From Octopus sinensis (lineage: Eukaryota), in the NCBI RefSeq assembly GCF_006345805.1, contig NC_042999.1, forward strand, positions 45,694,001-45,758,000: a stretch of DNA of 64,000 nucleotides, given 5' to 3'. The notes under the pieces were generated by a model. That model saw nothing but the letters and a program-made list of their open reading frames with translations, ran no database searches and was not told the origin of the DNA. Shown piece by piece: positions 1-11,063 of this stretch; the first letter of the stretch is position 1, and each line of letters begins with the position of its first letter. The position numbers and the translations under genes are program-made.

Positions 1-1789
1 TTTGTAGAAATACATGAGTGAATGTTGGAGATGAATACAATACAAAAATGTATTGTGTCAAAAGTCAAAGCAAGGCATTCAGACACCACTGTCATTCATC
101 CTTATACAATTATAGCTTCTATTTTACATTACTTTTACAAAGAAAACCTCAGTGTCCATTATTGTGTAATGTAGTTTTGTCCTTCCTTGATGTTCTCAAA
201 TGTTAAATATTAGCAAGTCCTTTACTTTCAGTTTCTCTCCTTACTATGCATAACTAATGTCTAACTTTTCTTTTTGCTGGCAGATGTTATTCCTTACTCC
301 TTCTTACCATTCAATCTTACCTGTCCTGTCTCTTTGTTATTGCTCTATATAATGTACCATTCTATCATCATCATGCCTTCCATCTTAGTGATACCATGCT
401 TCATTCACAGATCTGATCTGTGACTTGCAAGAGATTGCCTCATAGAAACTTCCAGTTATTTTCTATATTATAAATCTCTAGCTCTTTCTCTTTACCATCA
501 TATGTGTTGACTAGTGATTCGTTGAACTTAGATCTGGTTGAGTGAATTTTCAGCTTCCGTACCTTCATACTCTAGGTTGTCTTGTGTCTCTGAGACTATC
601 TAACTCTTATCCTCTTTAGATTTCTTATCCTGCTTTCTGCTAATTGTGTAATTGAGGTGGTTTTTATGTTTGCCTAACTGAAAGAAGATCACGTGACTGG
701 TTGGTTTCCTAAAATTACTGTTGCAATTGGTTTGGTCATTTCTGACAGAATGCAAAAGCCTTGATCCTCCTATTTCCTTGTGCTATATCCATAGCTTCCT
801 ATTATACCAGAATAACTGTCATAATATTGCTAGACACATTCATCAAAGGCACCAGCTCTGGTAACAAGGTTATTGTCATTTGTTATCAAGGTAGTCTCTA
901 AGGAGGCATTGTCTAAAAATTTGCCATTGTTTGAAATGTATGTTGTCAACAGTAACAATTTTACATAACAAAAGCTAATTAGAAATTGAATAAAATCTTA
1001 ATTTTTTAAAAAATTTACTTTACTTGCTTTTCAGTTAAGATAAAGTAAAAACAAAGATAAAGAAGAAAATTAAAAGAAGGCAAGAATTTGGAATGGCTTC
1101 TAGTTAAATTAGAAGAAAGAAAAACAATGACAAAAAGTAGAAAAACATGATATTCTGTATTTTACTTGATTTTGAAATTTTATATTTTGAAGTAAACAGA
1201 ATATAAAATGACATTTCTCTAGATTCTTTTTTTCCTCTTTAATATTTCGAATTTATCAGTTTCGGTTTTGTGCCGAATTTAGCTGCTTGTTTTTCATATA
1301 TTGAGAATATTAGAGCATGAGATTGTAAAGGCACGAAGGATTGTTTGTTGAGGAGAAAATACGAATGATATAATGATAATGATTTAGTTTATGAAATGTG
1401 AAATGATATGAATGATAGGTGATGAGGTGAGGAAGACAGAGAGAGAGAGAGAGGGGGGGAGTATGATGACTGTGTGGAATGGTGTAGTTGTTGCTGTTTG
1501 TGTTCATGAAGATGATAATAATTATGGCATAATACTACTGATGTAGTTCTTTATTAGTGGTGAGGACGATGATACTGAGTTATAAAAATGACATGTTACA
1601 CATACATGCGCTCATACACACACACATGTGTCTGCAAAAATGTAACAAATGTGCTTGTAGAAATATGTTTGTGCTTGTGTGTGCTTGCATATGTGTGTGT
1701 ATGCATAAGTTTTACCAAATGAGTTAGGAAATACATTTGCATGAAACTCTAGGCCTTCAACTCATGGTTTTTCAGATGATGATGTGATG

Positions 1790-1821
<32 letters not shown>

Positions 1822-1841
1822 GAGGTGTGCATATACATGCA

Positions 1842-1893
<52 letters not shown>

Positions 1894-3213
1894 CATGCAT
1901 CCATACATACACATATACATAAACAATCTCTATTTTATGTGTTAAGCTTTGTTGCCCTACATGTGTAAAACTAAGCACTATATATATATATATATGAACA
2001 TAAGTGTAGACATGCGTAAAAGAGAGAGAAAGAGAGAGAAAAGGGGGAGAGTACTCAATACTGAAATTAGAGTGATATAATTTATTAGAACCTGAAACTT
2101 CACAAATTGTTTCTCCTGTTGCTGATCTGCATAAGATTCTGAAAAATAGAACATGAAATTTTGTAGATAATAAGCATATCGTAAAAACATGCTTGAACAT
2201 TAAAGTAAATGCTGGTTGATGGCATGGAATAATAGAAGAATATTATTGGATAACAATTTAATTTTTGTTTGAAAACAAAGTGGAGAGGTAATTTAATGTG
2301 GTTGAGGTAAACATAAATTATTCAAAGCAATGTGGAAAGCAGTAGAATGTATATATGTGTATAAGAAGCAAAATGTATGTGGAAGAATACAAAATAAAAA
2401 AAAAACCCCAAAAAACCCAATATGTTGTCAATTGCTTGTGTATAAAAAAATTGTGCAAGGAAAATAGCTCTTGGCAGTCATGTGTCTGTAGGAGTACATA
2501 AAAGTGAAGAAAATGTAAAAAAAAAAAAATAAATAAATAAAATGTTATTCCAGTCTTTGTGAATTTTACTGCTTTAATCAGATATTTGAAGGCATGTAAT
2601 TGTGAAGTAGGAATTTCAATCATGCCTGTTGAAAGCTAACATTTCTGAGCATTCATTCAAATCATTATCACTTTAAAATAATATTAATTTCTCATTTATA
2701 CATAGCTTTCAGCATAAATTTGAATGAAAATAAACACGTGTATTAAATCTTGAATGTCACCATCCTGTTTCTTTCAAAACCAAGTACATTTGGGGTAGGC
2801 TTGTGGGAAATTTTCTTCAAAAGAAAAGTGTATAAAAATATGGATTAAAATCAAACTTTAAAGCAATTCTCAATCAGGTTAAACAAATCCTGGGTGAAAA
2901 AGATGGAGGTAAATTGTTTAATGTTTCTATGGTATACCACAATAAGACCTGAATTCTGCAAAATTATTGGAATCTGTATTTTGGAATCTACAAAAGATTT
3001 CTTACCTCACAAGGTTGGTTTATACAGAGATGATGGTCTTATGTTCTCATTTAAGAAGAGTACTCAACTGCCAAGTAGATTCATGATTATTCAGAAAAAC
3101 AGACTTAAAAACTACAGTTGATACTAGTCTTAGCATAGCTAATTTTACGTACTTGCCTTTAAATTTGGGGTTGGAAAATTTTACACTTACCCAAAAACTA
3201 ATGAATTACTATT

Positions 3214-3745
3214 CAGTCAATGCGTATCACTTAGGTTTTCGAGAGGGGATGACCTCCCTTTGTGAATATCATAAGGGCACTGAATTGTGTCTAAAGCCAG
3301 CTGGAGACAATGATCTCCTGGGGCTAAAAAGCTACAGTAACACCCACCCCCTAGTGGTTAGCCATATTGAGATGGCTAGTATACTTTACGTTGTCGAGCG
3401 CTTACTGTTTACATCTTGCTCAGAGATTTATTATTGCTTTCAGACCGTTCTTCGAAATCAGTGACAGTGGTTACTGGGAAAAACATTAAATAAATATCTG
3501 CAAACAGGTCTCTCCTCATTGAAAACCGGTGATTAGCGTATGTTGACAAGAGACAATAATCTCGAAACTGCAGTCCATGCGTATCACTTAGGTTTTCGAG
3601 AGGGAATGACCTCCCTTTGCGAATATCATAAGGGCACTGAATTGTGTCTAAAGCCAGCTGGAGACGATGATCTCTTGGGGCTAAAAAGCTACAGTAACAC
3701 CCACCCCTAGTGGTTAGCCATATTGAGATGGCTAGTATACTTTAC
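3214..3745 (+). mobile_element. Retrozyme-like non-autonomous retroelement (about 1.5 tandem copies of a 357-nt monomer carrying a hammerhead ribozyme)
   Basis: Direct repeats at 3214-3389 and 3571-3745 differ by about 5 substitutions and 1 indel. A perfect 15-bp TSD TAATGAATTACTATT lies at 3199-3213 and 3747-3761. An HHR spans the monomer junction, there is no coding capacity, and the ends are not TG...CA. Confidence 0.85.
3521..3597 (+). ncRNA. Type I hammerhead ribozyme, U3-A8 core variant
   Basis: Stem I GCGUAUG (3536-3542)/CAUGCGU (3576-3582). Core UUGACAA (3543-3549). Stem II GAGA/UCUC with loop CAAUAA, then GAA, then palindromic stem III ACUGCAGU. The GUC triplet gives cleavage after 3575. 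Stem I extends past a UA bulge with GUGAU/AUCAC and GAAAACC/GGUUUUC. Confidence 0.85.
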
Positions 3746-3947
3746 ATAATGAATTACTATTTTATATAAATGAGTTGAATCTGCTAACCATTATTCTAAG
3801 GAATTTTATCCATAACATTCATGAAAGTACATCTACCTTATCTACAGATAAAACTGAATTGATAATGAAGCAATTAGCTTTACAGATAAAATACAATACA
3901 CAACATGTATTAACGTTTCCTTGTGTAAAAATAGGACAAAGACATAT

Positions 3948-4347
3948 TCTATTATATATAAAAGTGAAGTTGTGTGTCTGTCTCCTACGATTTAGATTCC
4001 TAACTACTCCCACATTTTGCGGTGCAGTTTAACCAAAACCGGGTATCTTATAGTCGTGATTCATATCGAGCCCTTCTGGGTATTAGCACATGTCTACGAT
4101 GAGTCTACAATTTAAAAAGAATTTTACAATCATTTTTTTCCATTTTAATGCATTTTTTTCGCTGTTATATAAGGTAAGTAAGTCTCTAAAAATGTCTACG
4201 ATGAGTCAACGATTTAAACAAAAATTTACCATAATTTTTTTCCCATTTTTAATGCATTTTTTTGCTATTTTTTGGCTATAACTCTCTAAAAATGCTTATA
4301 TAGTTATTTCCCTTACAAACCCGAGCAACGCCGGGCGATACTGCTAG
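3948..4347 (+). mobile_element. Non-autonomous Helitron (copy 1)
   Basis: 5' TCTATTATATATAAAAGTGAAGTTG; 3' GC-rich hairpin CCCGAGCAACGCCGGG (4320-4335), then CTAG (4344-4347) followed by T. Contains an internal 102-bp tandem dimer (units start 4090 and 4192). Confidence 0.8.
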
Positions 4348-5339
4348 TTCTATTATACAATTTTTAGTTTAAATTCACTCATATTAGCAGAAACTTCTTA
4401 AACTTAATTGCTTTACCCATTTCCATTGAACCACATATACCATAGGCTTTTTAATAGAAATACAACTAATGTAAGATAGTCTAGTTGTAAAATGTTTTCT
4501 AGTTCTATTAATCCATTCACTTCCAGAATGGGTTTCTTTCAGTTTCTGCCTACCAAATTCACTAATGAGGCTTTGTCATTATTTGATAGACAGAGAGAGG
4601 GGTGTAGCAGTTTCTGAAATGGCATGATATTGAACTGAGGGCTTATGATTTGCACATCCTTTTGTGTTCTACTGAGTTTATATCTTACTAAGATCAGCTC
4701 TGCTTGTAGTCATAGTACTGCTAACTGTCAGTCTTTGATAGTATGCACCATGCATTCACTAATTGTTTTAGGCTTTAGTTGTGAGCTGGCATAGACACAT
4801 TCTTAGGTCCCTTGTCCTTGATCCCTCATTCAGCAGAACATCCAACATGTGAAAGCAGCAGGAAGATGAGAGCTGTGCCAACACATGTCGGAGTAGAGTG
4901 GAGCAACGTAAAATGAAGTTACTTGCTCAAGAACACAATGTATTACTTGGTCCAAGAACCAAACCCAGAACCTTATAAGACAAACATCCTAACCAGTGTG
5001 CCACGCATTTTTGAGCCCCATGGTATCCACTCAAGTATAAAATAAACACTTGACTTAATTCAACACTCATTCTCCTCTTTCTCCATAATATACAGACATT
5101 GAGACTTAAACACGTCATTATTAGTAAAATAATTGGTATAAAAAAATCAAAAGAGATACTTCAAAGAGAAATATCGTCAGTATTTTTCTTACCTTAACTA
5201 AAGAACTTTTGAGTAAATTTGATCACAGAGAAATATAATCTCTGTAAGGTACTTGTTTTCTATTACTTCATATTACCTTATACATTGAAGGTTCCTAAAG
5301 GCTGTTCCACTTCTGAAGTAGTCTCAAGACATCACATTC

Positions 5340-5675
<336 letters not shown>

Positions 5676-6020
5676 GGCGCAGGAGTGGCTGTGTGGTAGC
5701 TTGCTGACCAACCACATGGTTCTGGGTTCAGTCCCACTGTGTTGCACCTTGGGCAAGTCGAGCTGACGAAAGCCTTGTGAGTGGACTTGGTAGACAGAAA
5801 GAAGCTTATCGTATATGTATGTATGTGTGTGTGTGTGTGTGTGTTTCCCCCCAACATCGCATGACAACTGATGTTGGTGTGTTTATGTCCCCGTAACTTA
5901 GCATTTCAGCAAAAGAGACCGGTAGAATAAATACCTGGCTTACAAAGAATATGTCTTGGGGTCAGTTTGACTAAAGGTAGTGCTCCAGCCTTCAAAGAAA
6001 CAAATAAAAGTATAAAAGAA
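5676..6020 (+). mobile_element. tRNA-derived SINE family A, internally deleted copy
   Basis: Head GGCGCAGGAGTGGCTGTGTGG (A-box-like), GGTTCAGTCC (B-box-like), CCTTGGGCAAG box, internal TA/TG run, and the 3' module shared with the other A copies. Confidence 0.85.
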
Positions 6021-6117
6021 TACATATGTGTATATAAATATGTGTATACATATATGTGTGTCTGTATATATATATATTTGTGTGTGTGTGTGTGTGTGTG
6101 TCTGTATGTTTGTGTAT

Positions 6118-6152
<35 letters not shown>

Positions 6153-6326
6153 GTATATGTATATATGTGTGTGTATACAGATATATATGTATATATATGT
6201 GTGCATATATAGATATATATGTATATATAAATGAGTATATATGTATATATATATATATGTGTGTGTATATATATATATATGTGTGTGTATATATATATAT
6301 ATGTGTGTGTATATATATATATATGA

Positions 6327-6364
<38 letters not shown>

Positions 6365-6420
6365 TTCTATATATATATGTGTGTGTGTGTATATGTAGTA
6401 AATATGTATTTTTTATATAT
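6021..6420. repeat. Compound TA/TG microsatellite
   Basis: Directly visible. Confidence 0.95.
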
Positions 6421-6679
6421 CCTCTGATGCGTGATTCTTCTCAGTAATTTTCATTCTGCTGTGTATGTTTTCTTTAGATGATTCTTCTTTCTCTCAGCAT
6501 TATTCAATGACCTTTGGGAGGTCTGTGATGAAAAGTGTATCCTCAGTTGTTAACCCAGGGGAATCTGTTGTGCCCCAGTGGTTACTGAATTTACGTAAAA
6601 GTGTGCATGTGTGCAGTTGTGTGTGTGTGTGTGTGTGTGTAGTTGTTTGTGTATGTGTTGTGCATGTATCCATCATTAA

Positions 6680-7006
6680 GGAGCTAAGTGGTTAGAGCAT
6701 CGGGCTCATAATCATGAGGTAGTGAGTTTGAATCCCAGACCGGGCTGTGTGTTGTGTTCTTGAGCAAGACACTTTATTTCACATTACTCCAGTTCACTCA
6801 GTCGTAGAAATGATAGCTGTGATGCCAACTGTATCAGTCTTTGCCCTTCCTTTGGATAACATCGGTGGTGTGCAGAGGGGGTGCTGGTATGCACAGGTGA
6901 ATGCTGGTCTTCCATAAACAACCTTGCTTGGACTTGTGCCTCAGAGGGAAACTTTCTAGGTGCAATCCCATAGTCATTCATGACTGAAGGGTGCTCTTTA
7001 CTCTTT
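6680..7006 (+). mobile_element. tRNA-derived SINE family D
   Basis: tRNA-like head GCTAAGTGGTTAGAGC...GTTTGAATCCC followed by GTGTTCTTGAGCAAGACACTTTATTTC. Related heads occur on the - strand near 4850-5010, 14776-15060 and 22131-22420. Confidence 0.7.
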
Positions 7007-7602
7007 ACATACATGATGCACACACATACACACAAATATATACACATTTGTTATGATGAACTGAAGGACTCAGTACTGCATTGGTAGAGCATGAATTATT
7101 TACTTGTTCAGTTATTACCTGAAGCTGATAACACTGGTTCCATACAGCTAATGTGTATTGCTAGACATAGTGTTAATCTTCAGTCAATGCCAGGTAACAT
7201 GGACTTTATGAAGATGTAGGCATTTTAAATAATGGCTAATGCGAACAAATGTCGTGTAATGAGCTCTGAAGATGTCATAAACTAAAACAAAATTAAAAAA
7301 GCCAAGAGATGATAAAACACATGGGCAGATGCTGTCACCTGTTTCCTTTTGGTTGGGTCATGAATTGTTTGTCTTTGGAAAGAAATACCTGTTTTCCCTT
7401 CTTGTGTCTGCTCCTGTATGAAGCATTTATGCGTGCACATCTGGTTAGGTACATGCACTGAAGATTACATGTTTATGCTGACACTGATACATTATATCTG
7501 CATAGTTACAGTATGCAGCAAATGCTGGTGGGCACAGATTTTGTAAGTTCAATATGTAGGTGCATGCACACTGGGTTCTCTAAAATTGTTTCACAACCTA
7601 TA

Positions 7603-7950
7603 GGCACAGGAGTGGCTGTGTGGTGAGTAGCTTGCTTACCAACCACATGGTTCCGGGTTCAGTCTCACAGCGTGGCACCTTGGGCTAGTGTCTTCTACTA
7701 TAGCCTTGGGCCAACCAAAAACTTGTGAGTGGATTTGGTAGACAGAAACTGAAAGAAGCCCGTCGTATGTATATATATATTTGTATATGTTTGTGTATCT
7801 GTGTTTGTTCCCCAACATCACTTGACAACTGATGCTAGAGACCAATAGAATAAGTACTAGGCTTACAAAGAATAAGCTCTGGGGTCGATTTGCTCAACTA
7901 AAGTCATTTGGCCGCAGTCAAATGACTGAAACAAATAAAAGAATAAAAGA
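7603..7950 (+). mobile_element. SINE family A
   Basis: Head, central and tail modules match the other A copies. Confidence 0.85.
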
Positions 7951-8419
7951 ATAATTTTATTTTCATATTTATAATAAATTGGAGAAAAAGGGCTGCAAAT
8001 GTGTTTTGTGTTTGATATAGCATTATGAGTAGCCTGTTCAGGGCTTGGAAGACATCTTAAGGAGTAGTTCTTAGTGTATTGTAATTGGTCTGGTAGACCT
8101 TGTGTACCAGTGGGTGATAACATTGTACACCTACATACAAATGTGTACACAGATGCAGACATAGTTAAGTGGTGAAATCGTAAGTTCAGTCCCTCTGCAT
8201 GTGTCTTTACCATGATTTTAGGTTGACCCAAGCCTTGTGAGCGAAAGGTGGTAGATGGAAAAAAGGGTGGGAAGAACTTGTTGGCTGGATTGTAGCTCTA
8301 GTACAAAAGACCAACCTTGTCACATTTTGTGCCATGCTGATTTGGCTTGGACGCCGCATGTCTGTGGAATACTCAGCCACATGTTAATTTAATGTGTCAC
8401 ACATTCAGTTTTATGTGTG

Positions 8420-8625
8420 GGTGCCATGTAGAAAGCACCCATGCTGGTGCCATGTGCAAGCACCTGTTCTGGTGCTATATCGAAAGCACCTGTGCTGTTG
8501 CTGTGTTAAAAGCATCCATGCCTATGCCGTGCAAAAGGCACCCATAGTAGTGTCACATAAGACACCCATGTCAGTGTCAAGTATAAAGCACCCTTTCCTG
8601 ATACCATGTATAAAGCACTTGTGTT
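8420..8625 (+). repeat. Degenerate 24-27-bp minisatellite of about 8 units with a GGTGC...GCACC stem
   Basis: Units such as GGTGCCATGTAGAAAGCACCCATGCT start at 8420, 8446, 8471, 8497, 8523, 8549, 8573 and 8600. Confidence 0.75.
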
Positions 8626-8639
8626 GGGGTTATGAATAA

Positions 8640-8924
8640 AGAAAGCCTTGTGAGTGGATTTGGTAGACGGAAACTGAAAGAAGCCTGCCGTATATATGTA
8701 TATATATGCGTGTGTGTGTTTGTCCCCCTAGCATTGCTTGACAACCGATGCTGGTGTGTCTATGTCCCTGTTACTTAGCGGTTCGGCAAAAGAGACCGAT
8801 AGAATAAGTACTGGGCTTACAAAAGAATAAGTCCCGGAGTCGAGTTGCTCGATTAAAGGCGGTGCTCCAGCATGGCCGCAGTCAAAAGACTGAAACAAGT
8901 AAAAGAGTAAAAGAGAGTAAAGAG
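8640..8924 (+). mobile_element. SINE family A, 5'-truncated
   Basis: Begins at AAGCCTTGTGAGTGGATTTGG and ends in the (GAGTAAAA)-type tail. Confidence 0.85.
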
Positions 8925-9091
8925 TTGGAGCCTGGGGCAGCTCTCCAGCTAGCCAGCATCTGTAAAAACCATCCAGCCCATGCCAGTTTGGAAAATGAAC
9001 ATTGAATGATGATGATGATGATGATGATGAATGCTCGTTGTCAAAACCAATGTTAAATCCTTTACACACATGCACACACACACACATACAT

Positions 9092-9140
<49 letters not shown>

Positions 9141-9319
9141 TGCCCACAGATGTGTGCATGTACACAGAATCCTATTCATATTTGTTATGACCAACTAATA
9201 ATCAATTAAAGCTTCAGTGTCTGTGAGTTTATGATGCTGGGCTGCTGCCGACGGAGCGGAGCTACAGTGCCGAAACCTTGATACAACTGACATTGCTGAA
9301 GAGCTGTTGATTAACTATA

Positions 9320-9354
<35 letters not shown>

Positions 9355-9798
9355 AAATATTTCCATTTTATTCCACAAATTAAACTGGTTAGAAAAAAAA
9401 ACAAAAGCAAAAAAAAAAAACAAAAGCAAAAAAAAAAAAAAGCTCAATCATATTCCACTCCTGTTCACAGTTCAGTAGTTAGAACTAGGAAAGAATTGGA
9501 ATTGGAATAAACAAAACAAAATAAGACCATTTTTCTAACAATACACAAAATGTATAATGCTGCTGTAACCTGCTACTCTGGCTCACTTGAGAGAGGAGGA
9601 GGGAGCGAGAGAGAGAGAGAAAAAGGGAAGAGAGAGACAGACAGAGACAGATCAGGGAAAGGAGAGAGGGTAATGTGAATACCATTGCTGGTGGTGGCAG
9701 CTGATGATCCGATCAAGCTAAGGAAATTCCATTGGTTTTCCTATTACTGATACAGTCTGTTGGTTACAGCTCCTGGCAGAAGCGTCACTATTTCTTAT

Positions 9799-10206
9799 AC
9801 TCTTACTCTTTTACTCTTTTACTTGTTTCAGTCATTTGACTGCGGCCATGCTGGAGCACCGCCTTTAATCGAGCAACTCGACCCCGGGACTTATTCTTTT
9901 TGTAAGCCCAGTGCTTCTTCTATCGGTCTCTTTTGCCGAACCGCTAAGTAACGGGGACATAAACACACCAGCTTCGGTTGTCAAGCAATGCTAGGGGGAC
10001 AAACACACAAACAAACACACATACATATATATATACATATATACGACAGGCTTCTTTCAGTTTCCATCTACCAAATCCACTCACAAAGCATTGGTCGGCC
10101 CGGGGCTATAGCAGAAGACATTTGCCCAAGATGCCACGCAGTGGGACTGAACCCAGAACCATGTGGTTGGTTAGCAAGCTACTTACCACACAGCCACTCC
10201 TGCGCC
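9799..10206 (-). mobile_element. SINE family A, full length
   Basis: Reverse complement of the complete head-to-tail consensus. Confidence 0.9.
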
Positions 10207-10230
10207 TATATATATACATATATATGTTAT

Positions 10231-10626
10231 TCTCTTATTCTTTTATTTGTTTCAGTAATTTTAAGTGTGGCCATGCTGCAGCACTGCTTTTAGTCGAACA
10301 AATCATACCCAGGACTTATTCTTTGCAAGCTTAGCACTTAATCTATTGGTTCTCTTTTGCCAAACCACTAAGTTATGGGGACGTAAACGCACCAACATCG
10401 GTTGTCAAGTGATGGTGGTGGGGAGGACAAACACAGACATACAAATACATATAGATATATATATTTATGACAGGCTTCTTTCAGTTTCCATCTAACAAAT
10501 CTATTCACAAGGCTTCAATTGGCTCGAGGTTATAGTAGAAGATGCTTGCCCAAGATGCCTCACAATGGGACTGAACCTGGAACCATGTGGTTGGGAAGCA
10601 AGCTACTTACCACACAGTCTTGCCCT
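10231..10626 (-). mobile_element. SINE family A, older copy tandem to the previous one
   Basis: Same modules but more diverged; separated from 9799-10206 by a short TA run. Confidence 0.85.
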
Positions 10627-10653
10627 AATATATATGTGTGTGTGTGTGTGTGT

Positions 10654-10966
10654 GGAGGTGCAATGACCCAGTCGTTAGGGCAGTGGACTCGCGGTTGGAG
10701 GATCACAGTTTCGATTCCCAGACTGGGCGTTGTGTGTGTGTGTTTATTGAGCGAAAACACCTAAAAGCTCCACGAGGCTCCGGCAGGGGGTGGTGGTGAC
10801 CCCTGTTGTATCCTTTCACCACAACTTTCTATCACTCTCTCTTCCTGTTTCTTGAGTAGTGCTGTGATGGACTGGCGTCCTGTCCAGCTGGTGGGAACAC
10901 ATATGCCACTGAAACTGGGAAACCGGGCCCATGACCCTGGCCAGGCTTGAAAAGGGCGACGTTTTT
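10654..10966 (+). mobile_element. tRNA-derived SINE with a V-domain-like block
   Basis: tRNA-like head GGAGGTGCAATGACCCAGTCGTTAGGGCAGTGGACT...GTTTCGATTCCC. Block GCTGTGATGGACTGGCGTCCTGTCCAG (10861-10887) resembles the V-SINE conserved domain as I recall it. Confidence 0.65.
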
Positions 10967-11028
10967 ATATATATACATATGTATATATATATGTATGTAT
11001 ATATAGAATAGAAAGATAGAATAGAAAG

Positions 11029-11063
<35 letters not shown>

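Larger units (their letters stand above)
2820..3900 (+). mobile_element. Decayed Penelope-like element RT fragment (GLYRDDGL type), interrupted by the 3199-3761 insertion
   Basis: Across frameshifts it reads SWVKK-DGGKLFNVSM...EFCKIIGICIL...VGLYRDDGL. After removing the insertion it continues PKTNELLFYIN...TIILRNFIHNIHESTSTLSTDK. This follows the motif order I recall for invertebrate PLE RTs (WVKK, FDVTMG, GLYRDDGL, KPN..LYIN.SNHP). Confidence 0.7.

Noticed and set aside
3214-3745. TRIM or LTR retrotransposon interpretation
   Set aside because: No TG...CA termini, the TSD is 15 bp and not 4-6 bp, no PBS/PPT is evident, and the HHR at the junction fits a tandem-monomer model better.
5676-5750. 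tRNA genes at SINE heads (also 6680, 10654, 61748)
   Set aside because: A and B boxes are present, but I could not fold a full cloverleaf and each head is fused to a SINE body.
8420-8625. CRISPR-like palindromic repeats
   Set aside because: Contiguous degenerate units with no spacers, related to a SINE motif.
9245-9290. CTGCCGA-CGG...CCG-AAAC hammerhead-like string
   Set aside because: Stem III and stem I do not form.
9200-9352. Processed pseudogene ending in A31
   Set aside because: No convincing TSD and no recognisable parent coding sequence.
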